A DNA stretch of 35,904 nucleotides, taken from NCBI GenBank assembly GCA_964599385.1, contig CAZREL010000004.1, positions 1 through 35,904 of the forward strand, read 5' to 3'. The notes beneath the pieces were generated by a model. It saw nothing but the letters and a program-made list of their open reading frames with translations. It was not told the DNA's origin and searched no databases. The stretch comes from an uncultured Gammaproteobacteria bacterium (lineage in GTDB: Bacteria > Patescibacteriota > Patescibacteriia > Patescibacteriales > UBA12465). The position numbers and the translations under genes were made by a program. Below are positions 25,139 through 34,138 of the stretch, piece after piece. The first letter of the stretch is position 1. Each line of letters begins with the position of its first letter.

Positions 25139-25744
25139 TTATTTTCTTAAAACAACTATTTTGTCTTCGTTGCTTAAATCTATTAGGCGGGAAGCTTTTT
25201 TATTTTTTATTTTTCCGGCGTCAACAAGCAAATCGGGATTTTTATGAAAATATTGATCTATATTACTTAAATCGGAAAGAGCTTCCTTTCCGCTCAAATT
25301 TAAGCTTGTCGAGACTAGCGGTTTACCCGCTCTTTTAATAATTTTAATTAAAAAATCACTTTTAGGCAAACGAATAGCAAGTGTGCTTAAATCACCGCTT
25401 AATTCACGAGGTAAAATATTTTTATGTTTTAAAACAAGAGTTGTCGGACGTAATTCCTGCCAAAATTTAGCGGCAATAATTTCCTGTTTTTTAGAGAGAA
25501 AAACATATTTTTTTAACATGGAAATACTGCTAACTAAAACAATTAAAGCTTTGTTGGCTTCCCGACCCTTCATTATTTTAATTTTCTGGATTGTTTTTTT
25601 GTTATCAGCCAAACAGCTTAAACCGTAAATGGTATCGGTCGGCAAAACAACAACTTTTCCTTCTTTCAAGGCCTTTAAAACACCACGGCGGCAAAAAGAG
25701 CCGCCGTCATGATTTTCGTATTTTATTGTCTTAATTTTTGGCAT
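25139..25744 (-). CDS. tsaC: L-threonylcarbamoyladenylate synthase (YrdC/TsaC/Sua5 family)
   Basis: 201 aa. PTDTIYGL, RP.T and TSLNLSG motifs of the YrdC fold. Confidence 0.8.
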   Translation of the reverse strand: MPKIKTIKYENHDGGSFCRRGVLKALKEGKVVVLPTDTIYGLSCLADNKKTIQKIKIMKGREANKALIVLVSSISMLKKYVFLSKKQEIIAAKFWQELRPTTLVLKHKNILPRELSGDLSTLAIRLPKSDFLIKIIKRAGKPLVSTSLNLSGKEALSDLSNIDQYFHKNPDLLVDAGKIKNKKASRLIDLSNEDKIVVLRK

Positions 25745-25754
25745 TAAACAATTT

Positions 25755-26276
25755 TTAATATTTCAAAAACGAGACTAAGGATTTAAAAGCCTCCGGCATA
25801 ATTGGCGCTGTTATACTGTTAAGTTTGACAAGCAGCGGCGCAATTTTTGAAGACATAATTAATTGAGCTAAAGCGTCACCCATATTCAAATATTTGGAGA
25901 GGAGATAAACAATCAAGCCCATAAATAAAGCGCCTTGGACAAAACCAAATAAAGCGCCAAGAATGTTATTTAAAAATCGGCTGCCTGGTATAAAAGCTGC
26001 TAATTTGAAAACTTTTTCAAGCAATAAGAATATCAGAGAAACTATCTTAGAAACAAGTAAGAAAACAACGATAAAAGAAATAATCTTCAAAACATTTTCT
26101 TTACCGTTCATGAAAGTGTCTATCCAATTATAAAAATCGAGATAGTAACGAGTGGCAAAATAAACCCCGGCCAAATAGCCGAAAATTCCACCGACCATTT
26201 TTATAATTCCCTTAAAAAGACCGCTAATAACAAAACCGACCAAAATAACAATTAAACTGATGTCGAAAACTGACAT
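25755..26276 (-). CDS. cvpA: CvpA-family membrane protein
   Basis: 173 aa with four TM segments. The N-terminus (DISLIVILVGFVISGLFKGIIK) is typical of CvpA. Confidence 0.65.
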   Translation of the reverse strand: MSVFDISLIVILVGFVISGLFKGIIKMVGGIFGYLAGVYFATRYYLDFYNWIDTFMNGKENVLKIISFIVVFLLVSKIVSLIFLLLEKVFKLAAFIPGSRFLNNILGALFGFVQGALFMGLIVYLLSKYLNMGDALAQLIMSSKIAPLLVKLNSITAPIMPEAFKSLVSFLKY

Positions 26277-26289
26277 ATTGATTATTTAT

Positions 26290-27753
26290 TTAATCTTTTA
26301 AATTTTCTGTTTGTAAGCGAGGAAAAAGAGGCGCCATTTTTTTTATCTGTTTTTCCTGAAAAGCTGTTTGAATTGCTTGAGCGGAATTTGGGATAAAAGA
26401 CTCAAGAAGATAGGCGACATTAAGGATATCAAAAGCAATTGGCTTTAAAATTTTTTCAATTTCCGCTTTGTCGCTCATTTTCCAGGGAGCATTTTTAGTT
26501 AAAATTTCATCACAGTTTTTTATCTTCGCCCAAATAATCTGTAAACATTCATTAAAGCGATATTCTTTAAATGATGTTTCAAATTCATCCAATAATTTTT
26601 TAGCGCTTTCATTTTTCCAATCAATCTCTAAAGCGGTTTCAATAGCATTTTTTTCTAAAAGATTGGAAACACGGGCGCTTAAATTGCCCAAGCCATTAGC
26701 TAAGTCGGAATTATAACGATCACGAAATTTTTCTTCGCTATAATCGCCATCTTCAAATGGCGGTATTTCTGCCAATAAATAATATCTTACAGCATCAGCA
26801 CCGTATTTATCGGCTAACTCATAAGGATCAACACCATTACCGGCGCTTTTGCTTATTTTCTGCCCATTAGCGGTTAAAAAACCAAAAACCAAAATTTGTT
26901 TTGAGGCTGGCAATCCAGCAGACATTAACATCGCTTGCCACATAGCTGCTTGAGGACGCAAATTATCTTTGCCACAAACTTGCATTCCCGGCCAAAAATC
27001 TTTGAAATTCCCCGATTCATCTGGCCAGCCAAGAGTTGACACATAATTAACTAAAGCATCAAACCAAACATACATAACCTGAGTTTCGTCACCAGGAACA
27101 GGAACACCGTGAGGCATTTTTTCCTTAACGCGAGAAATACTGAAATCCTGTAAACCGCCTTCAACAAAAGTTCTGATTTCTTTTAAGCGACTGGCTGGTT
27201 TTACAAAATCAGGATTACTGTCGTAAAGAGCAATTAGTCTTTCTTGATATTTTGAAAAACGGAAAAAATAATTTTCTTCTTCAATGTTTTCTAATGGACG
27301 TCCAGGATGGAGTGGACAAAAACCGTCTTTATCAAGTTCGGAATCAGTTTTTTCCATTTCACAGCCAACACAATATTTAACTTTGTAACTCTTTTTGTAT
27401 ATATCACCACTTGCTTCACACTTACGCCAAAATTCTTGAGCAGCTGCCTTATGATCTTCATCAGTTGTTCTAATGAATTTATTGTATGACAAATTAAGTT
27501 TGGCTCTTAATGGTAAGAAAGTTTGTGAAGCTTGATCGCAATATTTTTGAACTGGAATACCAAGTTCTTCGGCTTTTTGAAATACTTTTAAACCATGTTC
27601 ATCGGTTCCGGTATTAAAAAAGACTTGTTTGCCGCGTTGCCCCATATAACGGGCAATAACGTCCGCTTTGATAATTTCTGCCGCAAAACCAATATGAGGA
27701 TCGGAATTTATGTAAGGCAGAGTGGTGGTGATGTAGAAATTGTTATTTGACAT
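26290..27753 (-). CDS. metG: Methionine--tRNA ligase (short form, no C-terminal tRNA-binding domain)
   Basis: HIGH-type motif (PYINSDPHIGF), Zn knuckle (CVGCE...CPLH), KMSKS-type motif (KISKSAGN) and WFDA. Confidence 0.95.
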   Translation of the reverse strand: MSNNNFYITTTLPYINSDPHIGFAAEIIKADVIARYMGQRGKQVFFNTGTDEHGLKVFQKAEELGIPVQKYCDQASQTFLPLRAKLNLSYNKFIRTTDEDHKAAAQEFWRKCEASGDIYKKSYKVKYCVGCEMEKTDSELDKDGFCPLHPGRPLENIEEENYFFRFSKYQERLIALYDSNPDFVKPASRLKEIRTFVEGGLQDFSISRVKEKMPHGVPVPGDETQVMYVWFDALVNYVSTLGWPDESGNFKDFWPGMQVCGKDNLRPQAAMWQAMLMSAGLPASKQILVFGFLTANGQKISKSAGNGVDPYELADKYGADAVRYYLLAEIPPFEDGDYSEEKFRDRYNSDLANGLGNLSARVSNLLEKNAIETALEIDWKNESAKKLLDEFETSFKEYRFNECLQIIWAKIKNCDEILTKNAPWKMSDKAEIEKILKPIAFDILNVAYLLESFIPNSAQAIQTAFQEKQIKKMAPLFPRLQTENLKD

Positions 27754-28455
27754 TTATTTCTTATTAACTTTCTTTATCAATACTACAAACTCCCCCTTCA
27801 AACAATTTGGGTCAGCCATTAAAACTTCTTTCATCTTTTCGGGAGATCCTTCATAAAAACTTTCATGCATTTTTGTGAGTTCCCTGGCTAAGCTTATCTT
27901 TAATTCCTGTTTTTTATCTTTACTCATTGCCGCAAGTTCTTCCATTAATTTTAAAACTCGGTGTTTTGACTCGTATACCACACTTGGATATTCAGAAGCA
28001 AAAATTTCTTTTAACATTGTTTGCCTTCCCTTTTTATGAGGCAAGAAACCAAGAAATAAAAAACGATCAAAGCCAAGGCCGGAAATTGAAACTGCGGTCG
28101 CAAGAGCTGAAACACCCGGCACACTTTCAATCAAAACCTGTTCACCCATTTCTTCTCTAACAATACTAACCAGTTTACTGCCCGGGTCGGAAATTCCAGG
28201 AGTGCCGGCATCGGTTACAAGAGCTAAGTTTTTATCATCCTTTAAAAGAGACATTAACTTATCAATTTTTATTTCACCAGAATGCTGATGAAAAGAAATT
28301 GTTGGAGTTTTAATTTGATAGTGAGAAAGTAATTTACCAGTCACTCTTGTGTCTTCACAAAGAATGTAATCCGACTCCTTAAGAACTCTAAGCGCTCTTA
28401 AGGTTATATCTTCTAAATTACCAATTGGCGTGGCGACAATACGTAAAACACTCAT
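27754..28455 (-). CDS. rsmI: 16S rRNA (cytidine1402-2'-O)-methyltransferase
   Basis: 233 aa. Tetrapyrrole-methylase fold start (LRIVATPIGNLEDITLRAL..., CEDTR, DAGTPGISDPG). Confidence 0.9.
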   Translation of the reverse strand: MSVLRIVATPIGNLEDITLRALRVLKESDYILCEDTRVTGKLLSHYQIKTPTISFHQHSGEIKIDKLMSLLKDDKNLALVTDAGTPGISDPGSKLVSIVREEMGEQVLIESVPGVSALATAVSISGLGFDRFLFLGFLPHKKGRQTMLKEIFASEYPSVVYESKHRVLKLMEELAAMSKDKKQELKISLARELTKMHESFYEGSPEKMKEVLMADPNCLKGEFVVLIKKVNKK

Positions 28456-28461
28456 ATAAGA

Positions 28462-30189
28462 TTATTCCATATTTTCTCTTCTCTCTCTGACATATTTTGT
28501 CCAATCCTCAAATATGTTAACCAAAATTTTAAAAGGAGCTTCAATAATAAAATCAAAAATAAAGACAAAAATATTAACTTTTGACATATTATTAGACAAC
28601 CATCTGCCAACCATAATTATCGGCAAATAAAAAAGGTCAACCAAAAAAGATAGAAAACTCTCACCTTTTTCAACAATTATCAAATCTTTAACGCCTTTAG
28701 TGGTGACAATACTAAAGAAGCTAACGAAAGCTAAGAAGAATAAGAAAATAGTAATACTAACCCAATTAAAATTTATTAAGCTTAAAGCGCTTATAACAGC
28801 ATACATTGAAACAAAAAAAGCGGCTGTATAAACGATATTGAATATGGAAGCGGTAAAGAAACCTCTTTTCTTTGGCTTGCGTAAAATTATTGGCTGCTTC
28901 TTATCTTCTCCAGTTAAAGTTATTTCTTTAATACCGCCAATTATTTTTTCAGTATTTTTTTCTCCTGGCGTGCTCGTGGTTAGAACGATAAAGAATAATA
29001 ATACGGCTGGAAAAATAATATTTATTCCCAGAGAAACTGGATTTAGCGGTTCGTTAAAGAAATGAATGGCTGGAATTTCTATCGCCAAAACAAAAACCGA
29101 TTTGGTTAAGAAAATATAAATAATACTACGGACAGCTGAACGCCATAGCTTAGCCTTGGCCTTAGCATATTTAGCATTGCAAACTTTTTTTATTACCCCA
29201 AGAAAACCTTTTTCACCTTTTTGAATTTCACCGTAAATTTTTAAAGGGTCAGCCTCTATTGTTTCAGACAACACGTTATAATATAGGGCGTAGGTCTTAG
29301 TTATTTTATCAAGCTGTTTTTTGAGCGGATGATTTAAACCGTTATCAATTAAAGATTTTAATTTGGCAATGTTATCAGCAACTTTTTTAATTTCGCCTTT
29401 CTCATTTTCAGTAATTTCCTTTTTATTAATATTAAGCCACTCCGCGTTATAATATTTAAACAACACAAAACCCAACATGTCAGCATCAAAAAGAAGATAA
29501 ATTCTCGCAATACTCAGATATATTTGAATATCTAAATCATCAGCGTAGACATTCATGTCATCCGGCAACTTTATTTTTTTCGACATAACGTCGAACATGT
29601 TGCCGACAACAATTTTTTTAATATTATTTGGCGCCAAATTTTCTTCAATTTCACAAGCCGCTAATGCCATAAACCAAGAAATCAATTTGTTTTTCTCCTT
29701 GATGCTGTCTTTGACTTCATTGATATCAACCTTAAAGCTAATTTCAGGACTCATTTCGTCAGAAATAAGGTCCTTAAGATGAATATATTTTTCTATAATT
29801 ATGGCGATTTCCGCGATTTTGCTTTCCGGAATGTGATTATTTGGCAAATATCCGGCTCTAATAAGCTCAGTCAAAAGATGTTTGGCCATGTTTTGGCTTT
29901 CAGCGTGTTTAACAACACCTTCAATTACAACCTGTCTTTTCAAGATTCTAACAATGGCGGTTTTACGAAGTAAGTGCTCTTCTTCATAGTCAACGGCATT
30001 TCTAGCCTTTTCATAGAAAAAAGCCAAGCGAGAAACAAGCGAAGAAACCCTTATTTTTGGGATGTTTTCATCATCTTCTTCTTTCTTATTTTTTTCGGTA
30101 TAAATAACCTGAAAGAGCTTTTTAGCGCTTTCATTGAGCTCAATAGCCTTGACTTTTTCGCTATTTTTCACTAAATTTGGACTAACCAT
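28462..30189 (-). CDS. Hypothetical polytopic membrane protein
   Basis: 575 aa. A ~350-aa helical cytoplasmic N-region is followed by several TM helices. No motif recognised. It is the first gene of the rsmI-metG...pyrG array. Confidence 0.55.
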   Translation of the reverse strand: MVSPNLVKNSEKVKAIELNESAKKLFQVIYTEKNKKEEDDENIPKIRVSSLVSRLAFFYEKARNAVDYEEEHLLRKTAIVRILKRQVVIEGVVKHAESQNMAKHLLTELIRAGYLPNNHIPESKIAEIAIIIEKYIHLKDLISDEMSPEISFKVDINEVKDSIKEKNKLISWFMALAACEIEENLAPNNIKKIVVGNMFDVMSKKIKLPDDMNVYADDLDIQIYLSIARIYLLFDADMLGFVLFKYYNAEWLNINKKEITENEKGEIKKVADNIAKLKSLIDNGLNHPLKKQLDKITKTYALYYNVLSETIEADPLKIYGEIQKGEKGFLGVIKKVCNAKYAKAKAKLWRSAVRSIIYIFLTKSVFVLAIEIPAIHFFNEPLNPVSLGINIIFPAVLLFFIVLTTSTPGEKNTEKIIGGIKEITLTGEDKKQPIILRKPKKRGFFTASIFNIVYTAAFFVSMYAVISALSLINFNWVSITIFLFFLAFVSFFSIVTTKGVKDLIIVEKGESFLSFLVDLFYLPIIMVGRWLSNNMSKVNIFVFIFDFIIEAPFKILVNIFEDWTKYVRERRENME

Positions 30190-30217
30190 AAAATTAGCTT
30201 TCTTTAAACTTAGCTTA

Positions 30218-30246
30218 ATTGTACCTTGTCCACCCTAAAAAGGCAA
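30218..30246 (-). promoter_or_regulatory. Putative promoter of the 575-aa/rsmI/metG array
   Basis: The minus strand reads TTGCCT, 17 nt, TACAAT, ending ~28 nt upstream of the ATG at 30189. Confidence 0.35.
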
Positions 30247-30281
30247 TAATAAACACCGACCTTTGTTAAGACGGAAAATGC

Positions 30282-30310
30282 TTGACAAGCTTTCGTCTAT
30301 TTTGTATTAT
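30282..30310 (+). promoter_or_regulatory. Sigma70-like promoter for secE-nusG-rplKA
   Basis: TTGACA (30282-30287), 17 nt, TATTAT (30305-30310). Confidence 0.5.
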
Positions 30311-30320
30311 TTCAATATAT

Positions 30321-30347
30321 AAAAGCTGCCTCGGGGGCTTTTTTTAA
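30321..30347 (+). terminator. Terminator-like hairpin in the secE leader
   Basis: AAAAGCTGCCTCGGGGGCTTTTTTT: GC-containing stem with A/U-tract pairing and a T7 run. It starts ~10 nt after the -10 box and ends 40 nt before the secE ATG. Confidence 0.35.
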
Positions 30348-30387
30348 AAGTTCAAAAAAGGCTAAAAAAAGCAAATTAATCATTTTT

Positions 30388-30573
30388 ATGAATAAGATCC
30401 TAAATTACATCAAAGAGTCCTATGCGGAAATGAAGAAAGTAACCTGGCCGAGCAAGAAAGAAACTTCTCGTTACACGGTTCTTGTTATTGGCATTAGCCT
30501 TGCTACTGCCGCTTTTCTGGGTATTTTAGACAAAGTCTTTAACATGGGCTTTGAATACCTTATCATGCGCTAA
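30388..30573 (+). CDS. secE: Preprotein translocase subunit SecE
   Basis: 61 aa. E.K KV.WP...E motif (AEMKKVTWPSKKET) followed by a single TM. It sits in the canonical position upstream of nusG. Confidence 0.85.
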   Translation: MNKILNYIKESYAEMKKVTWPSKKETSRYTVLVIGISLATAAFLGILDKVFNMGFEYLIMR

Positions 30574-30602
30574 GAAAATTTTTTTATTTTCTCTTTAAAA
30601 CT

Positions 30603-31148
30603 ATGGCCAAGCAAATTTTAAACCAAGGCAGAAGGTGGTATGTTATTCATACTTATTCTGGCTATGAAGAAAACGTCGCCGAAAATCTTAAACAAAGAGT
30701 TGAGTCTCTGGATATGGAAGATAAAATCTTCAATATCTTAATTCCAACTGAAAAGAAAATTAAGATAAAAAACGGCAAAAGAAAAGTTAGTGAAGAAAAA
30801 ATCTTCCCTGGTTACATCTTAGTTGAAATGGAAGTAACTGACGAATCTTGGTATATAGTTCGTAATACCCCTAATGTCACCGGCTTTATCGGTACCGGAA
30901 CAATCCCAACTCCAATCGGCGATGAAGAAGTTAAGGCCCTACAGAAAAGAATGGGTGTTGAAGATCCTAAATTCCAGATCGACGTTGTTGTTGGCAGCCC
31001 GGTTAGAATCAACGAAGGTCCGTTTAAAAACATGGAAGGAAAAGTTACCGCAATTGATGAAGCTAAGGGTAAAGTTAAAGTTTCTGTTTCAATGTTTGGA
31101 CGTGAAACCCCGGTAGAGCTCGATTTCTTACAGATTAAGAAGGCATAA
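30603..31148 (+). CDS. nusG: Transcription termination/antitermination factor NusG
   Basis: 181 aa. WYV.HTYSGYE NGN start and C-terminal KOW (G..V.I..GPF....G.V). Confidence 0.95.
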   Translation: MAKQILNQGRRWYVIHTYSGYEENVAENLKQRVESLDMEDKIFNILIPTEKKIKIKNGKRKVSEEKIFPGYILVEMEVTDESWYIVRNTPNVTGFIGTGTIPTPIGDEEVKALQKRMGVEDPKFQIDVVVGSPVRINEGPFKNMEGKVTAIDEAKGKVKVSVSMFGRETPVELDFLQIKKA

Positions 31149-31199
31149 TAAAAAGGATAAGAGACAGGCTTCTATGTCTTCCATCCAGAAATTAATAAT

Positions 31200-31622
31200 A
31201 TGGCAAAAAAAATAAAAACCAAAATTAAATTACAAATCGTTGGCGGACAAGCCAATCCGGCTCCTCCGGTCGGTCCGGCTTTAGGTCAACACGGTTTAAA
31301 TATTGCAGAATTCTGCAAGCAGTTCAATGACAAGACTAAAGATAAAATGGGCGATATCGTTCCGGTTGAAATCACTGTTTATGAAGATCGCTCCTTTGAT
31401 TTTATTTTAAAAATTTCTCCAGCTTCCGAGCTTATCAAAAAAGCAGCTGGCATCAAGAAAGGCTCCGGTAAACCATTAACTGAAAAAGTTGGTTCAATCA
31501 CCGATGCTCAGCTTGAAGAAATTGCTAAGATTAAAATGGCCGATTTATCAGCTAAAGATATTGAAGCGGCTAAGAAAATCATCGCTGGCAGCGCCAGACA
31601 GATGGGTGTAGAAATTAAGTAA
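31200..31622 (+). CDS. rplK: 50S ribosomal protein L11
   Basis: [28 protein letters not shown] signature. Confidence 0.95.
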   Translation: MAKKIKTKIKLQIVGGQANPAPPVGPALGQHGLNIAEFCKQFNDKTKDKMGDIVPVEITVYEDRSFDFILKISPASELIKKAAGIKKGSGKPLTEKVGSITDAQLEEIAKIKMADLSAKDIEAAKKIIAGSARQMGVEIK

Positions 31623-31690
31623 TAATTAATATAATTGTGGGAGTTCTCCCCTTTTAAAGGCCAAAGAACGAAAAAACCACGACTAATACT

Positions 31691-32392
31691 ATGGAAAAGA
31701 AAACTGTTGCTGTGAAGACAGCTAAAAAGAAGACTGATAATTCTGCTATCTATGATCGCATGAAAGCTTACCCAGTAAGCGAAGCTCTTGCTATCGTTAG
31801 AAAATTAAGCAAAACTAAGTTTGATCCATCAGTTGAAGTACATTTCAGACTCGGTATCAACACCAAAAAAAGCGACCAGCAAGTAAGAGGCGCTGTTTCC
31901 CTTCCACACGGAACCGGAAAAACCCTTAAAATTGCCGCTTTCGTTTCTCCTGAAAATGAAAAAGCTGTTAAGGACGCTGGTGCTGATTTTGTTGGTGGTG
32001 AAGAATTAATTGCTGAAATCAAAAAGACTGAAAAAACAGACTTTCAAGTTGCCGTTGCTGAAGTTGCCATGATGAAGAATTTAGCTCAAATCGCTAAAAT
32101 CTTAGGTACTCGCGGTTTAATGCCATCTCCTAAGAACGATACCGTTACCAATAACCCGGCCAAAGCCGTTGAAGAACTTAAGAAAGGTAAAATCAGTTTC
32201 AAAAATGATGATACCGGAAACGTTCACGCTATTGTCGGAAAATTAAGTTTCTCCGATGATAAGTTAGTTGAAAATTTCAACAGCTTAATTGAAACGATTA
32301 GAAAATCAAAACCAACCGCTTCCAAAGGAACTTTTATTAAGAATGTTAGTATCTCATCTTCTATGAGTGCTGGTGTCAGAGTTTCCATCTAA
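31691..32392 (+). CDS. rplA: 50S ribosomal protein L1
   Basis: 233 aa. FD.SVEV...LGI....DQ.VRG...LPHGTGK signature. Confidence 0.95.
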   Translation: MEKKTVAVKTAKKKTDNSAIYDRMKAYPVSEALAIVRKLSKTKFDPSVEVHFRLGINTKKSDQQVRGAVSLPHGTGKTLKIAAFVSPENEKAVKDAGADFVGGEELIAEIKKTEKTDFQVAVAEVAMMKNLAQIAKILGTRGLMPSPKNDTVTNNPAKAVEELKKGKISFKNDDTGNVHAIVGKLSFSDDKLVENFNSLIETIRKSKPTASKGTFIKNVSISSSMSAGVRVSI

Positions 32393-32414
32393 TCAAAGAA
32401 TATTTGATATAAAA

Positions 32415-32444
32415 AACAGGGCTATTTATAGCTCTGTTTTTTTT
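32415..32444 (+). terminator. Intrinsic terminator after rplA
   Basis: AACAGGGCTA / TAGCTCTGTT stem (one G.U) followed by a T6 run. Confidence 0.6.
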
Positions 32445-32452
32445 GTAATAAA

Positions 32453-32480
32453 AAAGCCTCGGGGTTTATTCCAAGGCTTT
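32453..32480 (-). terminator. Intrinsic terminator after the 104-aa orphan gene
   Basis: On the minus-strand RNA, AAAGCCUUGG / CCGAGGCUUU (one G.U) is followed by UUUAUUAC. It pairs less well on the plus strand (C.A mismatch). Confidence 0.5.
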
Positions 32481-32505
32481 CTAAAGCGTCCTTTTTATGA
32501 GTGCT

Positions 32506-32820
32506 TTATTTTTTTTCTACGAGACCGACTTCCAATTGATCTTTCGGGCTTAAGTTTATCTCGCCCTTTAAGGTTTCGAAATTATATTCGATTGGGTAGT
32601 CATGATCGACTTTAATCCATTTCTCATCCGCCTTGATTATGCGGAATGTGATTGTAACAAAAGCTTCTTTTTTTGCTTCGTTATAATCAAGAACGATTCC
32701 GCCTACCTTCGATTCAACGCCTTCGTTGATGTTTGTAAACTCAATCACCATGTTTTTGCTCTTTGAATCTTCAATGGCCTTTAAATTCGGACCAATAACG
32801 CGATACAATACTGTTTTCAT
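32506..32820 (-). CDS. Hypothetical small protein (orphan)
   Basis: 104 aa, beta-rich by composition, no motif recognised. It starts 18 nt downstream of the 398-aa gene. Confidence 0.5.
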   Translation of the reverse strand: MKTVLYRVIGPNLKAIEDSKSKNMVIEFTNINEGVESKVGGIVLDYNEAKKEAFVTITFRIIKADEKWIKVDHDYPIEYNFETLKGEINLSPKDQLEVGLVEKK

Positions 32821-32838
32821 TCCTTTTCTTTTTTGGTT

Positions 32839-34035
32839 TTAATTTGCTAAATATTTATCCGCAGCGGGAACTAAAAATAAAGATATTAAACCTAAATTTG
32901 GCTCCTTTAAAAAACTTAAAAGCTTTAAACTGCTCCACAAAGAACAACAATGATTTGCTCTTATCATAATCACCGTGTGGTCACTTTCCGGATACGGTAA
33001 AATAGTAGCAATTCTAGCCGCTTTTGTTTCATCACCTTGATCAATGGAAAATTGAATTAATTTTCTTAATAAATCATTGGCATCAACATCCTTAATCATA
33101 GAAATTGTTTCCTGAAGATATTTTAGGCTTACCGTATTCCATTCGGCTAAAGAAACATATTTTACAACAAACTCCTCAATTTTTTGACTGCGAATTGGCT
33201 CCATTAACGCATTAAGATATTTTAAACGATAAAATGCGCCCCATCCATGAATAAATAAAGAACTTTCATATACCTTTAGTATTTCAGCACTTCTTTTAGG
33301 TTCAGTGAAAGCAGATGCTATATCAAAATGATAGGAGAGTCCTTTTGGAAATTCTTCTTTAGCTTTTTTAAGCTCTTTTCCAAGTTCAGCGTTACGAGTT
33401 TTTTCAGGCATAAGCTTAGCGGCTTCAATTAAATAAGCAAAATGTTTTTCAGCGACTAAAAAATCAAACATGATTTTCTTTTCTTTTGCACTTAAAACAC
33501 GACCTAAATAATTTGCCACTTCAACACTCTTTTCAACTTGCCCGACTTTAATATAGTCATCAAGTAGGGCGGATATTTCTTCAGTACTTAAATATTCTTT
33601 AATCCAAAGAAATAATTGATGAACATCATCAAAAGTGCTTTGATCGGGATAAAGATACTCCCAATCAGTTCTAAATAGAAAGAATAGCTTTATAAGACCG
33701 CTTGGTCTTTTTGGCTTATCAAATATTTTGGTTAATTTAATTATCATAACCGATTCACCGCTACGGCAATTATCGAGCTTATTTAAAAAATTATCCAAAA
33801 TCATAAGAGTAATTTTCTCTTTATGAGAATAGTCGTAATCGAAAAAGGAAATAAACTTTTCAGTTTCATAGTCCCACCAATTATGATTCAATTCATTTAG
33901 AGAATTAACGGTTTTTATCGCCTCTTGCAGGCGAATTTCTGGTTCAAGGCTTTTCAAATAGTCAATAATTGGCAATAGTTTACCATTTAAAGACTTTTGA
34001 ACAAGATTTGTTGCAATAATAGTCTGTTCTATCAT
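32839..34035 (-). CDS. Hypothetical all-helical protein (orphan)
   Basis: 398 aa with no signal peptide, TM or catalytic motif recognised. About 29-30% GC in two 100-nt spot counts. It has its own near-consensus promoter and an AGGA RBS. Confidence 0.55.
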   Translation of the reverse strand: MIEQTIIATNLVQKSLNGKLLPIIDYLKSLEPEIRLQEAIKTVNSLNELNHNWWDYETEKFISFFDYDYSHKEKITLMILDNFLNKLDNCRSGESVMIIKLTKIFDKPKRPSGLIKLFFLFRTDWEYLYPDQSTFDDVHQLFLWIKEYLSTEEISALLDDYIKVGQVEKSVEVANYLGRVLSAKEKKIMFDFLVAEKHFAYLIEAAKLMPEKTRNAELGKELKKAKEEFPKGLSYHFDIASAFTEPKRSAEILKVYESSLFIHGWGAFYRLKYLNALMEPIRSQKIEEFVVKYVSLAEWNTVSLKYLQETISMIKDVDANDLLRKLIQFSIDQGDETKAARIATILPYPESDHTVIMIRANHCCSLWSSLKLLSFLKEPNLGLISLFLVPAADKYLAN

Positions 34036-34073
34036 GATTTTCCTATTTTGTTTTTAAGTTACTGTAATAAAAT

Positions 34074-34102
34074 ATATTAACATAAATACATATTATTGTC
34101 AA
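34074..34102 (-). promoter_or_regulatory. Near-consensus sigma70 promoter for the 398-aa/104-aa gene pair
   Basis: The minus strand reads TTGACA (complement of 34097-34102), 17 nt, TAATAT (complement of 34074-34079). The RBS-ATG (aataGGAaaatcATG) follows. Confidence 0.5.
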
Positions 34103-34110
34103 TAATTAAT

Positions 34111-34138
34111 AAAAAAAGCATATTTTAGTAATATGCTT
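34111..34138 (-). terminator. Intrinsic terminator after the HAD-gene relic
   Basis: 8-bp stem AAGCATAT / ATATGCTT with a 7-nt loop, followed on the minus strand by a T-run. Confidence 0.55.

Noticed and set aside
31637-31655. A GGGA-GTTC-TCCC mini-hairpin followed by CTTTT between rplK and rplA. I considered it as an L1 autoregulatory mimic of the 23S L1 stalk, or as an attenuator.
   Set aside because: It has only a 4-bp stem. I cannot reliably recall the L1-binding consensus well enough to match it, so it is too little to call.
30326-32464. A shared 9-mer, GCCTCGGGG, in the secE leader hairpin (30328-30336) and the terminator at 32456-32464. I considered it as a possible dispersed repeat family.
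   Set aside because: There are only two short copies, and both are explained as GC cores of hairpins. That is insufficient to claim a repeat element.
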